64,000 nucleotides of DNA, taken from the NCBI GenBank assembly GCA_951406725.2, contig OX597836.1, forward strand, positions 24,552,001-24,616,000, in the 5' to 3' direction. The translations under genes were made by a program, and so were the position numbers. Numbering within the stretch: the first letter of the stretch is position 1; each line of letters opens with the position of its first letter. The DNA comes from Octopus vulgaris. Taxonomy: Eukaryota. The notes under the pieces are model-generated. The model saw nothing but the letters and a program-made list of their open reading frames with translations, had not been told where the DNA came from and ran no database searches. Shown piece by piece: positions 26,833 to 40,917 of the stretch.

Positions 26833-26896
26833 AGACATTGCAAGGAAAAAAAAAAGTGTCAATCATTAAAGCAAACTTAATGTAAAAGGGACAAAC

Positions 26897-27025
26897 CCGT
26901 ATCTGTCGATCAGCAGAGCCAGTTAAGAGCAGATTTTGCACTTGATGTCCGTTGTCTAATTTAAGGGGCAACAGGCAGGTAATAGGAAGTGTGTGACCCT
27001 GCAGGGTGCAAAGTTTCTGGACAAA
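26897..27025 (-). CDS. WDR41: WDR41 exon FVQKLCTLQGHTLPITCLLPL...LLLTGSADRQIR
   Basis: GH...TGSADR WD40 motif; AG/GT sites; 129 nt. Confidence 0.92.
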
Positions 27026-27602
27026 CTGCAACAAGAAAGCAAACATGTTAATTACATTTCAACACAAATAAATACTTTTACTCTCACATAAACTGACTTA
27101 CCTACCCACTTCACCCTGTCCATTCCTCTGGACCACTTCCCTTTTATTCACCTTCCTGCTACACAAGGGTGCACCCTGGCACATCTTCACCACCCTTTTC
27201 TAACTGAGGCAGCTATGTATCTCCTCTACAGCAAGGCACTTGTTTCTGTCTCTCTCTGTCATACTTTGACTCCTCATCACCTGGCCACAACCATCTCCCT
27301 CAACACTATTCCCCCTTGAATTTGAGAGGCCTTGTCTTGTGAGTGACTTGGTGATATCACTGCTGCCAGTGCCATGTAAAATGCACCCAGTACTCACCAT
27401 AAGTTGGTTGGTATTAGGAAGGGGACCAAGCCATAGAAACCATGAAAAAGCAGACACTGCAGCTTGGCACAGGCCTCTGGTTCACTAGTTCTTGTCGAAC
27501 CATCCAATTAATAATAGCATGGAAGGAGGACCTTAGATGACAATGAGGAGGAGGAGGAAAAACTGAGGTTAATGATGAGCAATCTTGACACAAAATTCTT
27601 AC

Positions 27603-27651
27603 CTCAACATCCCAAATGATGATGGTAGCATCATCCGCAGCTGAAGCAAAC
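27603..27651 (-). CDS. WDR41: WDR41 exon FASAADDATIIIWDVE
   Basis: WD repeat end; cag/gtaag sites; 49 nt, frame consistent. Confidence 0.93.
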
Positions 27652-27886
27652 CTGAAGAGATATAAAATGGTTTTGTTAGAAAAGAAGTCTTTCCTTGTTG
27701 CTGGGTTGCAAGGGAATCGTATTGGTTGTTTTAAAACAGGTTTGTTGTAGCTTATGATTATTGGTCAGAAATACTGAGCAGAGTCTATATGTATGTGTTA
27801 GAGAGAGAGGAGTGTGTGTCTGTGTGCATTGTGTATGTGTGTGTATGTGCATGCATGATGAAAGAGGAAATAAAAATGGAGCAAAC

Positions 27887-27999
27887 CTTCTGTTGTCAAG
27901 TCGCAGAAGTTTGCGGACAATATCTTTGTGATCTTCAAGTAAATGTATTTCTGTATATAAATTGTAAGGCTGGCCATGATCCAAAGTGTCTGGTTTTTC
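27887..27999 (-). CDS. WDR41: WDR41 exon EKPDTLDHGQPYNLYTEIHLLEDHKDIVRKLLRLDNR(R)
   Basis: Resembles WDR41 N-terminus (NPYTELLVLKAHHDIVRFLVQLDDYR as recalled for human); AG/GT sites. Confidence 0.92.
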
Positions 28000-28694
28000 C
28001 TGACAAAAAAGAAAAAAGAAATTTAGATGTAACAGTCAGCACCACCATGAACAATTTCTTCATTTTCTTCATTATTATCAATGCCACCACTGTTATTAAC
28101 TTCTTCCTCCACCTCATCACCTTTCTAATAATCTATTCATTAAAAAATTTTTAGACCAAATCTCATCATTATATTCCAAATATCAAGGATATTGCAGTTG
28201 TTGTACATCATAGATGACAGCTTTTAATTAATCTAATTAATAGGCAGACCTTCACTCAAAAACAGTGTACAATGATGCACTGTAAGTGCACCTTCCACCA
28301 CCACCACTACTATCACTGTTCCAGTTGCACATTGAATTGACAGCGATTTAAGTCACTCTTCCACATCCACTTTTCCATCTTCCATCTCCAGCTTTTGACA
28401 TTCCAAACCCTTGCTAAACATTTCCTCTAATCCTTTCTTCTTAACATTGCAATTTTCTAAAACAAACTGTCACAAACACACTTGGCTTTGCTGGCCAAAT
28501 TGGAGCATATAAAAGTTTATTTGTAAGACAGGCCAAACTAAATGGATCAATGGGACAAACACACGCACACACACATGCATGCAAATATGCATGTATTGTT
28601 ATATATATATATATAATTGCAACGTGGAAGGTGTTTGTAAGCCATTTAAGAAACACACAAAAGCCGTTCGATTCACTTCAACATTTAAGTTTAA

Positions 28695-28744
28695 TTTATC
28701 AAAATATTTTCATCGCTAAAATCCGCGACCTGTTCACTGACAAA
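28695..28744 (-). ncRNA. Type-I hammerhead-like motif with G3-C8 variant core (GUGAACA)
   Basis: UUUGUCA-GUGAACA-G-GUCGC[GGAUUUUA]GCGAU-GAA-AAUAUU-U-UGAUAAA: stems I and II and palindromic stem III in hammerhead order. Confidence 0.55.
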
Positions 28745-28753
28745 AATCCGTGC

Positions 28754-28799
28754 TCAGTGAACAGGTCGCGGATTTTAGCGACGAAAATATTTTGACAAA
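28754..28799 (+). ncRNA. Second (inverted) copy of the G3-C8 hammerhead-like motif
   Basis: UCA-GUGAACA-G-GUCGC..GCGAC-GAA-AAUAUU-U-UGAC; stem I shortened to 3 bp at the palindrome centre. Confidence 0.5.
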
Positions 28800-29539
28800 T
28801 TAAACTTAAATGTTGAAGTGAATCTAACGGTTTTGTGTGTTTCTTAAATGGCTTATAAACACCTTCCATGCTGCAATTGTTTTCGTTTCAGCACACGATC
28901 TCAGATCAAATCACTTGCTATGCGAGTACATCTCCGTAATATATATATATATATATATACAGTGTGCATTTAAACACATAAGAGGTATCCGTCATAGGAT
29001 TCCTTGCACGCTAGAAGGAACAGCTAAAATCCAAACCACTATAGGGATAAACTTCGAAGGGAATGAAAAATAAAAACATTTACCATCTATCTCCTGGACC
29101 ATGGTTTCAGACTTTTTTTAGCAAATAAAATAATTTGCTGGGCGAAGTCTTTATAATTTTTCAAAATTATAATGTATAAGCTTTACCCAACTCAGTTGAG
29201 TCTTGCAAGTACCGGGTGACCTCACCACTGCTGGAGCCATGTAAAAAAAACACCCAGTATGTTCTGTCAAGGGTCATCTGTTCTAATCAAACTCCCGAAC
29301 CCATGCTGGCAGGGGAATAAATTATATACTTATATATATTGTACAAGGTTTGACTCTGGATTTCACTTACGTACATTTTAAAAACAAAACTTTATAGATC
29401 TTAACTTGGATGACTGAAACACACTGAAGAACATACACACACATATGATTAATTAGTAAAACCTCAGTGTGCGTGTGTGTGTGTGAATTTGTTTCCATTT
29501 ACCTTATTACTCAACCTTAAATATTTGTGTTTAACTCAC

Positions 29540-29569
29540 TTGTTCAGGTGAATCATCTGCGTTTCTCAT
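29540..29569 (-). CDS. WDR41: Probable first coding segment of WDR41 (MRNADDSPEQ); exon likely starts at acceptor 29601
   Basis: ATG plus 9 codons then GTGAGT donor in phase 0, matching the next exon; upstream tttaatttcag acceptor; no homology support for the peptide. Confidence 0.6.
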
Positions 29570-31599
29570 GTTCTTCTGTGTGAATGCAAAAGCAACTGGT
29601 TCTGAAATTAAAGAAATTACTTCTATAAAAACCATTTCTTATTTTTGCCTAGGAACAAGACCAAGAATTTTGAATAAGCCTGTGATATACAGGGTAAAAA
29701 GTCAGGTAAGCGTAGCAGGATTTGATCTCATAATTTTGAGAACTGAAGCAAAATATTAAACGTCAGTAAGTTCAGCTGCAGGGAAAATTGATAACGAAGC
29801 AATGATCCATTCCTTTTTCTTTTAATCTTAATTATAGAATTGGACCATTTTCAGTTTTGGAATTTAAATTTTCTCTTCTATAAGTTTGTGTATATGGGAG
29901 CGTTTTAATTCTGTGAATAAAAGAAAATATTCCTTCTAGATTTACACATTTTTGTCAATTTATTCAATAGGAATATTGATCTTTAAAAAAATTATGAAAA
30001 TCATAGATTTGTTGCAAATTTTCCACCATTTGAATCTTATTCTGGATGTGCAAAATCAACTGACATGTAATAAAAGTGAGAGGCTGCTGGGGCATTTAAA
30101 GATTAGCTGAGGTGTTGATGTGAGACTGCTTTACTCCTAGATGGATATGTGATGTGTATGGAAAGGAACACTGGAATCTGTTGATATTTTGATAAACAAC
30201 CATTTATTCTTTTTGTACACACACACACACAAAAAATGATAGTTGTTATTACTAACAACAAAAGGTTTTTGTTCTTGGTGCAGTTGTAACAGCTGATAAA
30301 CTGTGGTTAGTTGCTTGCTGGCAACCGACTTCTAATGTTGTGCATCCTCCAGCTGGTCATTGTCTTTATGTTGTCAGCTGCTATCCATCATCTCTGTTGG
30401 TCAACTCGTACAGCGTCTGTCAATGCTCTCTCTGCTGTATCCCAAAGCTTTCTGTCTAGTAGTCACAACATACTGAATTTATACTGGTTGATAGGCTCAG
30501 AAGGAATCACTGCTGGAGCCTATTTGATGCAAAGTCATGATTAATTAGATTTTGTTAGTCATGTAAGCAATATTCAAGCGAATCGTGATATTGGATGAGA
30601 ACAAATGATTTGTATTTGGGTGGATGATGATGATATCAAATGATACCTGGAGGAGGAAGACCAAGACAAATAGGACCCAAGATTAGCAAATTTGCTGGAG
30701 TGTTGAATAAAATCATTGTGGTATTTAGTTTTCGTTCTCCAACTACAGAGTTTATACAACGTTGGCATAAACTTTCATTCTTCAGGGAGGAGAGAGAGTG
30801 ATAAAATAAAGTGTGAATCAAGCAGTAAGGTAGATTTAATATTTCTATAATTGCTCAAGATATAAATAAATGGAATTATAATAAAAAACTAAACAGTGCA
30901 AAGATGAGAGATAAAGTCAGAGGTAAAAGAGATTTACACTCAGAAACTAGAGACACAGAAATAAATACTAAAATACATTTAGTTGTGTTTGTCCATCCTT
31001 GACCACCCTAACTACGTAATGTCCAGCGGAAGTACTTTCTCCTTCCATTCTAAACATTTGTACCAAACCCGAATCCAAATAGATTTCTGAACCTTTTATT
31101 TCAACTTTATATTATCCCCTTTGAGGTGTCAATACCCTTAGAATCAGTGATTACTTATCTAAAGACCAAGACAGGACTATAGTTTCAATTGAACCCAATT
31201 TACTTCACCTTCATCACTAATTTCTTTAAAAGCTGTGTCTCATTTCTCCTCTAAATTTAATGTGTCCTTTCTTTGACAAAGGGTTCGTCTGCTGTTTCTA
31301 GCTGGTCAACTAGTTTAAAATATGGGTCATTTCTATCCAGTTTAAAATCTAGGGCTTTCAGAGATTGATAAAATAGTAGTTAAATATGAAGAAAAAAAAG
31401 TATAATCGATTGAACTTTTAATAGCAATTCTCAAACATGGCCCAAGGACACACTGAAACCCAAAATAAAAAAAAATGTTTGAACAAATAAGGGAGAGAAC
31501 TCTTGATGACCGTTTATAATTTATTCTTCGGTTAAGTTGGACATGCAAGAATAAGGAAACTAAACGAGACACCAGAACAAACTGACAATTTTTGGTTTT

Positions 31600-32950
31600 A
31601 AATTATTCTACGAGTTGAAATGTCTAGCGACAACATGTAGTTCTAACAATAGCTTCGGCATCAAAAGGCAACGTATGTGTGATTGACTGAATCGATTTCA
31701 AGCCAGTCGTTAGAATTAGAAGGCCCCAAATGAATAAAGACATGTACGTGTGAATGAACACATACACACACACACACATACATACACATACACACACACA
31801 CAAAGTCACTGATCGTTTTGATTGATTTACTTTCATAAATTCGTCTCATAAACCTTCGAACATTCAAGACATTTCCCGATCGACTCTACCTCAGTACATA
31901 GCTAGGAGCTAGGGTTTATTCTATTCATTTCCGAGGGACTGAAGCAAAAAGAAAAAGAAAAAATGCGAAGAAAACAGACCACAGCAAGATTCGAACTTCG
32001 AACGTTCAGACACGAAACTAAACTGCACATTCATTCGTCCAGTGTGCAAATGTTTACCGCCAATAAACTCTTCCATTTACCTTATTCTTCCCTTAATAAT
32101 CAAGGTATCGTAGAAAACCTGCAGATCCGTGTGACGATTGCTGGCCTCATCACAGCCATCCTGTTTTCTCAGTTGACATGTAAGTTGAATGGTGAGTGTG
32201 TGATGTTCATGCCTTCATGTTGGAGAGGCAGTGTGCTAAGACATGCCTACAAACAACAAATGAATCGGGAGCAATTATTGTTAAAGTGATTTTTTAAATA
32301 TTCCCCTTTACTGTAATTATAACATAACTCTGTGGTGGTGATGGTGTGTGTGTATGTGTGTGTGTGTGTGTGCGCGCGTGCATGAGTGTGTGTGCATGCA
32401 TGTGTGTGTGTGTGCGTGTAAACATAATTTATATTAAAGCAAGCGCTCACACCCTTTTCACACATCCGCTCATTATGATAAACACACACAACACCGAGCA
32501 ATGAAGCTTGGAAATTAAAAGAGGTATAATTCATCAATGAATGCTGTCCAACTCGAACCCTGATTCGAGTGGCCAAAGAAGGTAATGAATGGAAACAGGG
32601 TCGTGTTTTGATTTTAGGGATGTGACAGGCGACCAGGAGGAAATAAATTAACGAGTTGATCATATTAATACAATATCGATATATACTGATCAAATGACTC
32701 TTTTGAGAAACACGTATTAAATAATCGAATATAAACATACCTTAATGAATATCTAGCACGATCATGATTTTATATATAAAATATTGTTTACCATTATTAT
32801 AAAATACACGTTAATGTAAAATCTCTACCGGTGTCTGGTAGAAAACGTCGACTATAAAAAGACATCCATAGTGACAGAAAACAAAAAGTGAACACCGCTT
32901 TTTCTAATGATTTCTAATTATTCCCACGACCTGTTCTGTCTCGATATGTA
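31600..32950 (-). promoter_or_regulatory. Likely WDR41 promoter / non-coding first-exon region
   Basis: CpG dinucleotides reappear upstream of the gene; candidate AG|GTATG donor at 32741/32740; no transcript evidence. Confidence 0.3.
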
Positions 32951-33547
32951 GTTGTTGCAGTTTAGTCATTATTGAATAGATCTATGGTGAAAGACATTCC
33001 ACTCGTAGCCATCCTGTATCTTCGTGTTCGGCGTCAGACACCGGGATAAACGATTATGTTCTTCCTTTGACAAAGATTCGTCTGCTATTTCTGGCTGGCT
33101 AGGCTAAGCGGCGGTTTAGATTAGTCATGAGCAATCAGCGACCCGTGGGACTTTCTGCATTCAGTTGGAGGAACAGAGTGGAGTAAGTGGAGCAAGGACA
33201 CGCACGAAAACGAAAAGTGCCGCTGAAGAGGTCACACAGATGTGTGACGAACGATTTCCAATGGACATCAGTTAAAATTTAATAAGTAAGAACAGTAATA
33301 AATGAGTGAAGAACAAATATATAATGCGTGTGTTTATTCAACGAAAAAAAAAACAAACAATATAGGCAGACAGGAGTGGCTGTGTGGTAAGTAGCTTGCT
33401 TAGCAACCACATGGTGCCGGGTTCAGTGCCATTTGGGTAATGTTTTCTACTATAACATCGGGCCGACCAAACCTTTGTAAGTGGATCTGGTAGACGGAAA
33501 CTGAAAGAAGCCCATCGTATATATATATATACACGTATATATATATA

Positions 33548-33596
<49 letters not shown>

Positions 33597-34044
33597 TAAC
33601 GTGTATTTTATTTGAATTAGTTTCCAAGAACCATTGACGCGCGCGCACATGTACACACACACATACACACATACACATGGGAAGTTGCTTATTGTGACTA
33701 AACTAGGATGAAGCATTCTTGATAACAATAAACGACTGATAACATTATGGAAATATAGAATTGAGAATGACCTAATTTTAATGACATAATTCCTGATTAT
33801 AATAAGCGGTTTCCACCGTATATAAATGTCTGTGTGTGTGTGTGTGTGTGTGTATGCACGTATATATGTATGTGTGCGTTCTATTGTTTCCCCTTTGTGT
33901 TCTCTAAATTATTCCAACAAAGAAAAGAAAAAGCCAATTAATAACGAACAAAGTTCCTTCATTGATATTCAGTCAGTAATTAATTAGTATGACTAATAAT
34001 GAATTAGTGTGTGTGTGTGTGCTGTGTGTTGTGTGTATATATAC

Positions 34045-34346
34045 GGGCACAGGAGTGGCTGTGTGGTAAGATGCTTGCTTCCCAGCCACATGGGTCCGGG
34101 TTCAGTCTCACTGGTTGGCACCTTGGGCAAGTATTTTCTGTTATAGCCTCGGGCTGACTAAAGCCTTGTGTATATATATACGATGGGCTTCTTTGAGTTT
34201 CCGTCTACCAGATCCACTCACAAGGGTTTGGTCGGCCCGATGTTATAGTAGAAAACATTGCCCAAGGTACCACGCAGTGGAACTGAACCCGGAACCATGT
34301 GGTTGGTAAGCAAGCTACTTGCCACACAGCCACTCCTGTCCGCCTA
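34045..34346. mobile_element. Two truncated copies of the microsatellite-containing SINE in inverted orientation
   Basis: + copy 34045-34170, - copy 34180-34346; further partial copies at 33365-33520, 35124-35286, 53030-53240. Confidence 0.85.
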
Positions 34347-34782
34347 TAAATCAGAAAGAAAAATTTATGTAAATTAAAATATAGATTTTCGTTGTGGGGT
34401 AAATAATAATGTATGTGCAGAATAAAGGGATGGAGTCTCCTGACAGACTGTTTCACAGTTTGTTCACTACTCCTTAGAGAAGACAACCATTCTCCTTTCT
34501 CAATCAACAGAATAGCTCGGCTGCTTATAAAGCAGTCACAAATTAGGCTAGCACATTAGTGTACAATCTAATTTGCATATTTGTGCTTTTGACATTTAGT
34601 CATTAATTGCATAATATCTGTTTATGCACAAAGCAGAGTAAATCAGTGTTCTTTTCACTGAATTTTAATGAGGTTACAAGAAATTCATACACACATACCC
34701 TCATACACATATTCACATACATAGACACTCATACACACACATACTCATACATACACACATGATGTGTGTGTGTGTGTGTGTA

Positions 34783-34816
<34 letters not shown>

Positions 34817-35320
34817 CGTGTGTACATGTGCGCGCGCGTCTATGGTTCTTGGAAACTAATTCAAGTTCAGTTAAACAGAACAATTTTCTCCAAGAAAAGC
34901 TGATCAACTGGGTTAACGTTTAGAACATTATAATTTTAATGAATTGAGGAATTTGGGGAAAATATGCATTTTCATAGATCCATCCATTCACCCTCTCTCT
35001 CTCCGTCTCTCTCCCTATATATATATGTGTGTGTGTGTAGATATATATATATATATATTTATATAGACACACACACACATATATAGTTGTGTGTGTGTGT
35101 GTAATTGTGTGTGTATACACATTAGGTGTGGCTGTATGGTAGCAAGTCTGCTTCCCTGCCATACGTTCTTAGGTTCAGTCCCGCTGCGTGGAATCTTGGA
35201 CAAGTGTTCTCTGTTATGTAGCCCCAGGCTGAGCAAAGCCTTGTGAGTGGATTTAGTAGACGGAAACTGTGTGGAAGACCGTCATCTCTATTTGTATATG
35301 TGTGTGCGTGTGTGTGTGTG

Positions 35321-35396
<76 letters not shown>

Positions 35397-35416
35397 ACGC
35401 ACACATATATGTATAC

Positions 35417-35504
<88 letters not shown>

Positions 35505-35816
35505 ATAAATATATAATTATGCATGCTTATAGCTATTGTTGTTGAGTGTATACGCAAATGCCTTTGCTATTCGTGTATGCGTGTGTCCATGTATTGTGTG
35601 CAGTTGTATGTCGCAACGCCACATCGTCTGTAACACTGACGCAACTTATTTGTGCGTGAAATTAAACGACAAAATGGTGTTGTATTTGGAGAGCTAGACC
35701 TATGTGAAAGAGAGAGAGAGAGAGAGAGAGAATTTGTGTTTGCGCGTTTGAAGGGAAGAATAAGAACCAAAAATATGCCAACTGCAATCCATCTATCTTT
35801 GTGTGTGTGTGTGTAG

Positions 35817-35856
<40 letters not shown>

Positions 35857-36117
35857 CATACATACATACATACATACATACATACATACATACATACACA
35901 CATACACACATATAGACACATGTACATTCATACACACATTCACACACGCACATTGTGAAGTTTGTTTTGACTGGGGCTTCAAAAACTCCTGACGTTTCAT
36001 TCAGCTCACTGAATTTGACTTTAGTCTCCGTATTGAGTTCCTCCCAAACGCCCGACGCCACCACTAAAAGTGCCATTGTTATTCTGGTATTCTTAACCCC
36101 TTGACAATATTTACGCA

Positions 36118-36722
36118 TACACATGGTGATTTCATATCAAGATAAGCAGCGCATGACTTTGCCGATGGAACCAAGTTAGAATTTTCTTCAGGTCGAGTAG
36201 CCCATCCCGCTCAAAAGGTCCCTGAATAAGTGTTGTTTAAGGATGTTGAACGAAACACCCATGTTTCCAAAAGTGAATTATCTAAACCCTTCTTTTTATC
36301 ACAGATTTTGTTGGAACTCCTGCAGTCTTGCATGCGTAGCGGGCTTACTACCTGCAGCCTACCATAACATAACATGCTATTCGCTCTTTCCAGCTATGTA
36401 ATACTTTCCTGATTATTCTGGCCGTGCCTAGGAGGCAAACCTTTTGTAACAGTTCTACTGGGCAATCTATTCCGATTTCCCTTATATTCCTCTTGGTGCC
36501 CTCTGATACTGTTCCCAAGGACCCAGCAATAATTAACACTATCTTCACCTTCTTCATTTTCCATAGCCGGGCTATTTCGTTCTTAAGAGGGCTGTATTCA
36601 TCTATTTTTTCGCTTCCCTTTTGACTATTCGTGAATAGCACGCAACATCAGCTATATATCACATGTGGTGCATCTTGTTGACCACCACTATGTCCGATTT
36701 CTTATGTTCTAGCACCTGATCT
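36118..36722 (-). mobile_element. Dong/R4-clade non-LTR retrotransposon 3' fragment
   Basis: KSDIVVV...K..Y..L..EI.R.W..IIAGSLG..LQKVCLLGTARIIRKVL (restriction-like endonuclease end); 36118-36260 matches 45597-45735 inverted. Confidence 0.8.
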
Positions 36723-36792
36723 TGCTCTATTAGGAGAATTTGAGTAAAATTAAATTAATGTGTCCAACTGATTTATAAAAATTTATTTATTT

Positions 36793-36880
36793 ATGCAGCT
36801 GAGGATAACCCTGCATTCAAAGTGATGTAATGATTGCATTGTTCAATTAAATGGAGCCGCTTGAAACGGTCGTACTGCAT
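36793..36880 (+). ncRNA. Minimal type-I hammerhead ribozyme motif
   Basis: AUGCAG-CUGAGGA-[57 nt]-GAAAC-GGUC-GUA-CUGCAU; 6-bp stem I, weak stem II. Confidence 0.65.
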
Positions 36881-37096
36881 CATCTCTTGATATCTTGTTG
36901 CTTATTTTGATTTTATTCACCTTACTTTGAGTTGTGCGGATAATGCCGCACCAACTTGGTGCTTCAACTTAAGTACCTAATTCAACTGAATCTTAAAGTA
37001 TATATATATATGTGTATATATATATATGTGTATATATATATATGTGTATATATATATATATATAACAAAGTATACAGTATTATATATCTATTTTAG

Positions 37097-37189
37097 CTAA
37101 TCTTACCAATCGGTTTCGCACAGGGTATAAGGTAATCTAATTTAAGATAATGCCTCAGTTAACTTATATCACGTGCTCTTCAGAGATAG
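37097..37189 (-). ncRNA. Type-I hammerhead ribozyme motif with canonical core
   Basis: AUCU-CUGAAGA-GCAC..UAUAAG..CUUAUA..GUGC-GAAAC-CGAUUG-GUA-AGAU; all core nucleotides intact. Confidence 0.8.
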
Positions 37190-37326
37190 TAGGTATAGAA
37201 AAAATATAGCGAAAATCAACTGAAATAGATCTATAATGCAGTATACTTTGATTTCTTTACCCACATTATTGACAAGAAGACGAGTGCATATTTTTTTTAC
37301 ATATATGGCCTCCTAGACGACTACAC

Positions 37327-37403
<77 letters not shown>

Positions 37404-37978
37404 TGTGAGCAAAACTACAACAGACAAGTGATGTAAATAGTAAGACTGTGGTGTCATGATACTCTGCAGACCATCTGTCGGACAAAATGTACACACATAT
37501 ATGTTTTACGTCTGTCGCATGTGCAACGCTACAAACGGCTAGATCAAGCTGTGTTTTAAATTATGGAAACTGTTTCACTTTTATGTCATGGCGAGCAACG
37601 CTTCAGAACTACATAGTTTATGACTTCGCTAGTTTATTTTTTGTATAACAGCCATGCTACAGTACCGTCTTCAGGGCTTTCAGCTGGCTGATTTGATACC
37701 AGCTCTTGGATATTAATTTTATAGATTTCTATTTCTGAAAGTCTTTCCCAGTAGAAACGGAGTGTTTAGTTTCCAGTTGATAGTTTGATTTGACGCCCCG
37801 ATGTATCGCGGATCCCTTGTTGATCTACAAACATGCGTGCGCTCGCATATACATGCCGGCATATAACTACATACATACACATGTACGTCTATATGTGTGC
37901 ATAAGGCGAGGAAGAAGAACTCAACACATAACTTAGAGTTAATGAGAACAAAAACTATAATTCCAAGATATGTGTGTG

Positions 37979-38032
<54 letters not shown>

Positions 38033-38074
38033 ATATGTGTGTGTGTGTATGTAGATATATATGTACGTATCTAT

Positions 38075-38150
<76 letters not shown>

Positions 38151-38160
38151 TTATCCATCC

Positions 38161-39528
<1,368 letters not shown>

Positions 39529-39690
39529 CTATATGTATGCGTATATGTGCGTGTGTGTGTGTGTGTGTGTATGCGTGTGTGAGTATGTATATATGTATAT
39601 ACATGGATACATACATACATGTACATATGTTCATATATGTATATATACACACACACATATATATAATTATGTATGTATGTATTTATGTAT

Positions 39691-39752
<62 letters not shown>

Positions 39753-40353
39753 ATAAACTTGTCACTGGCAAGCGCGTATACTAGTATGGTCTGCTAGTTT
39801 GTGCTAGTCTTTTGCTAATTGTTTCAGACGCCAATGTAATCGCAACCAGGTATAGACCCTGCCTGGTCCCCCACTCTCCCTCCCTCTGCCTTTGGTCTAA
39901 CGGAATGGGAAGAATGTGGTAGCGGAAGTGAGAGGGGGCTGCAACAGTGCTGAGCTGTTACTTATTACAAGTGAATAAACTGCAGTAACGTGAAATGATG
40001 TGACTTGCTCAAGAACACAATGCGCCGCCTGGTTTAGGAATCGAAATCACGACCTTATGATTGCGAACTGTACTCGGAGAATGAGCACAAGGGCGACCCA
40101 TCTTTGTTCTTAAAATGTCTGCAACAGAAACATGTATTAATCATGAACGTCGAAAGGTGGGAAGACATCGCAAATGATTGCTTTTATATTATTTTTTTAG
40201 TTCCTTTTAGTTTAGTTTGGAATAATAACATTACTAAGGTCCATAATGTTTCCAAACCTCTCGGTCACATCTTTTTGGTGAAGTGATGATAGTGAGATCG
40301 TAGTTACGTTTTATAGAAGGCAATAAAGGGATCAAGGAAGCGATGTTCTAACT

Positions 40354-40580
40354 GCGAGCTGGCAGAAACGTTAGCACGCCGGGCGAAATGCGTAGCCGTA
40401 TTTCGTCTGCCGTTATGTTCTGAGTTCAAATTCCGCCGAGGTCGACTTTGCCTTTCATCCTTTCGGGGTCGATAAAGTAAGTACCAGTTAATCACTGGGG
40501 TCGATGTAATCGACTTAATCCGTTTGTTTGTCCTTGTTTGTCCCCTCTATGTTTAGCCCCCTGTGGGTAATAAAGAAAGA
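40354..40580 (+). mobile_element. Same MetaSINE-like SINE family
   Basis: 12-bp TSD GATGTTCTAACT. Confidence 0.88.
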
Positions 40581-40917
40581 GATGTTCTAACTAGTTTCAT
40601 TATTTCCAGTCGACTTACCTGAAAATGAATACTAAAACCAACACCACCAGCAGCAGCAGCAATAACAGCGGCGGCGGCAGTAGCGACAGCAGCAGCAACG
40701 TACCGTCCAGTGGGCAGTGTTGAACTCTCAGGCCCCTAAAGGCCTCGAAAATCTGGATAAACTCCGACTTCACAAACCTCGAAGCAAACTGAAATATTTA
40801 ATGTACCCGTTCATTTTAAAGATTAAATACGTCACCCGGTTTAGCCCGTCCGCCGGGCACCTTAGATTTCTTTTCACGGATTCTACTCTGTTGTAAGCAT
40901 TCAGGTCGTTTTTCGTT

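Larger units (their letters stand above)
28615..28878. repeat. Long palindrome, ~126-bp arms with 13-nt spacer, flanked by (TA)n; probably an inverted Penelope-type pLTR-derived element
   Basis: 28615-28740 is the reverse complement of 28754-28878 with about 7 differences. Confidence 0.9.

Noticed and set aside
30250-30800. Coding-like stretch upstream of WDR41 exon 29540
   Set aside because: Multiple stops and no convincing splice frame; probably a decayed transposable element that could not be classified
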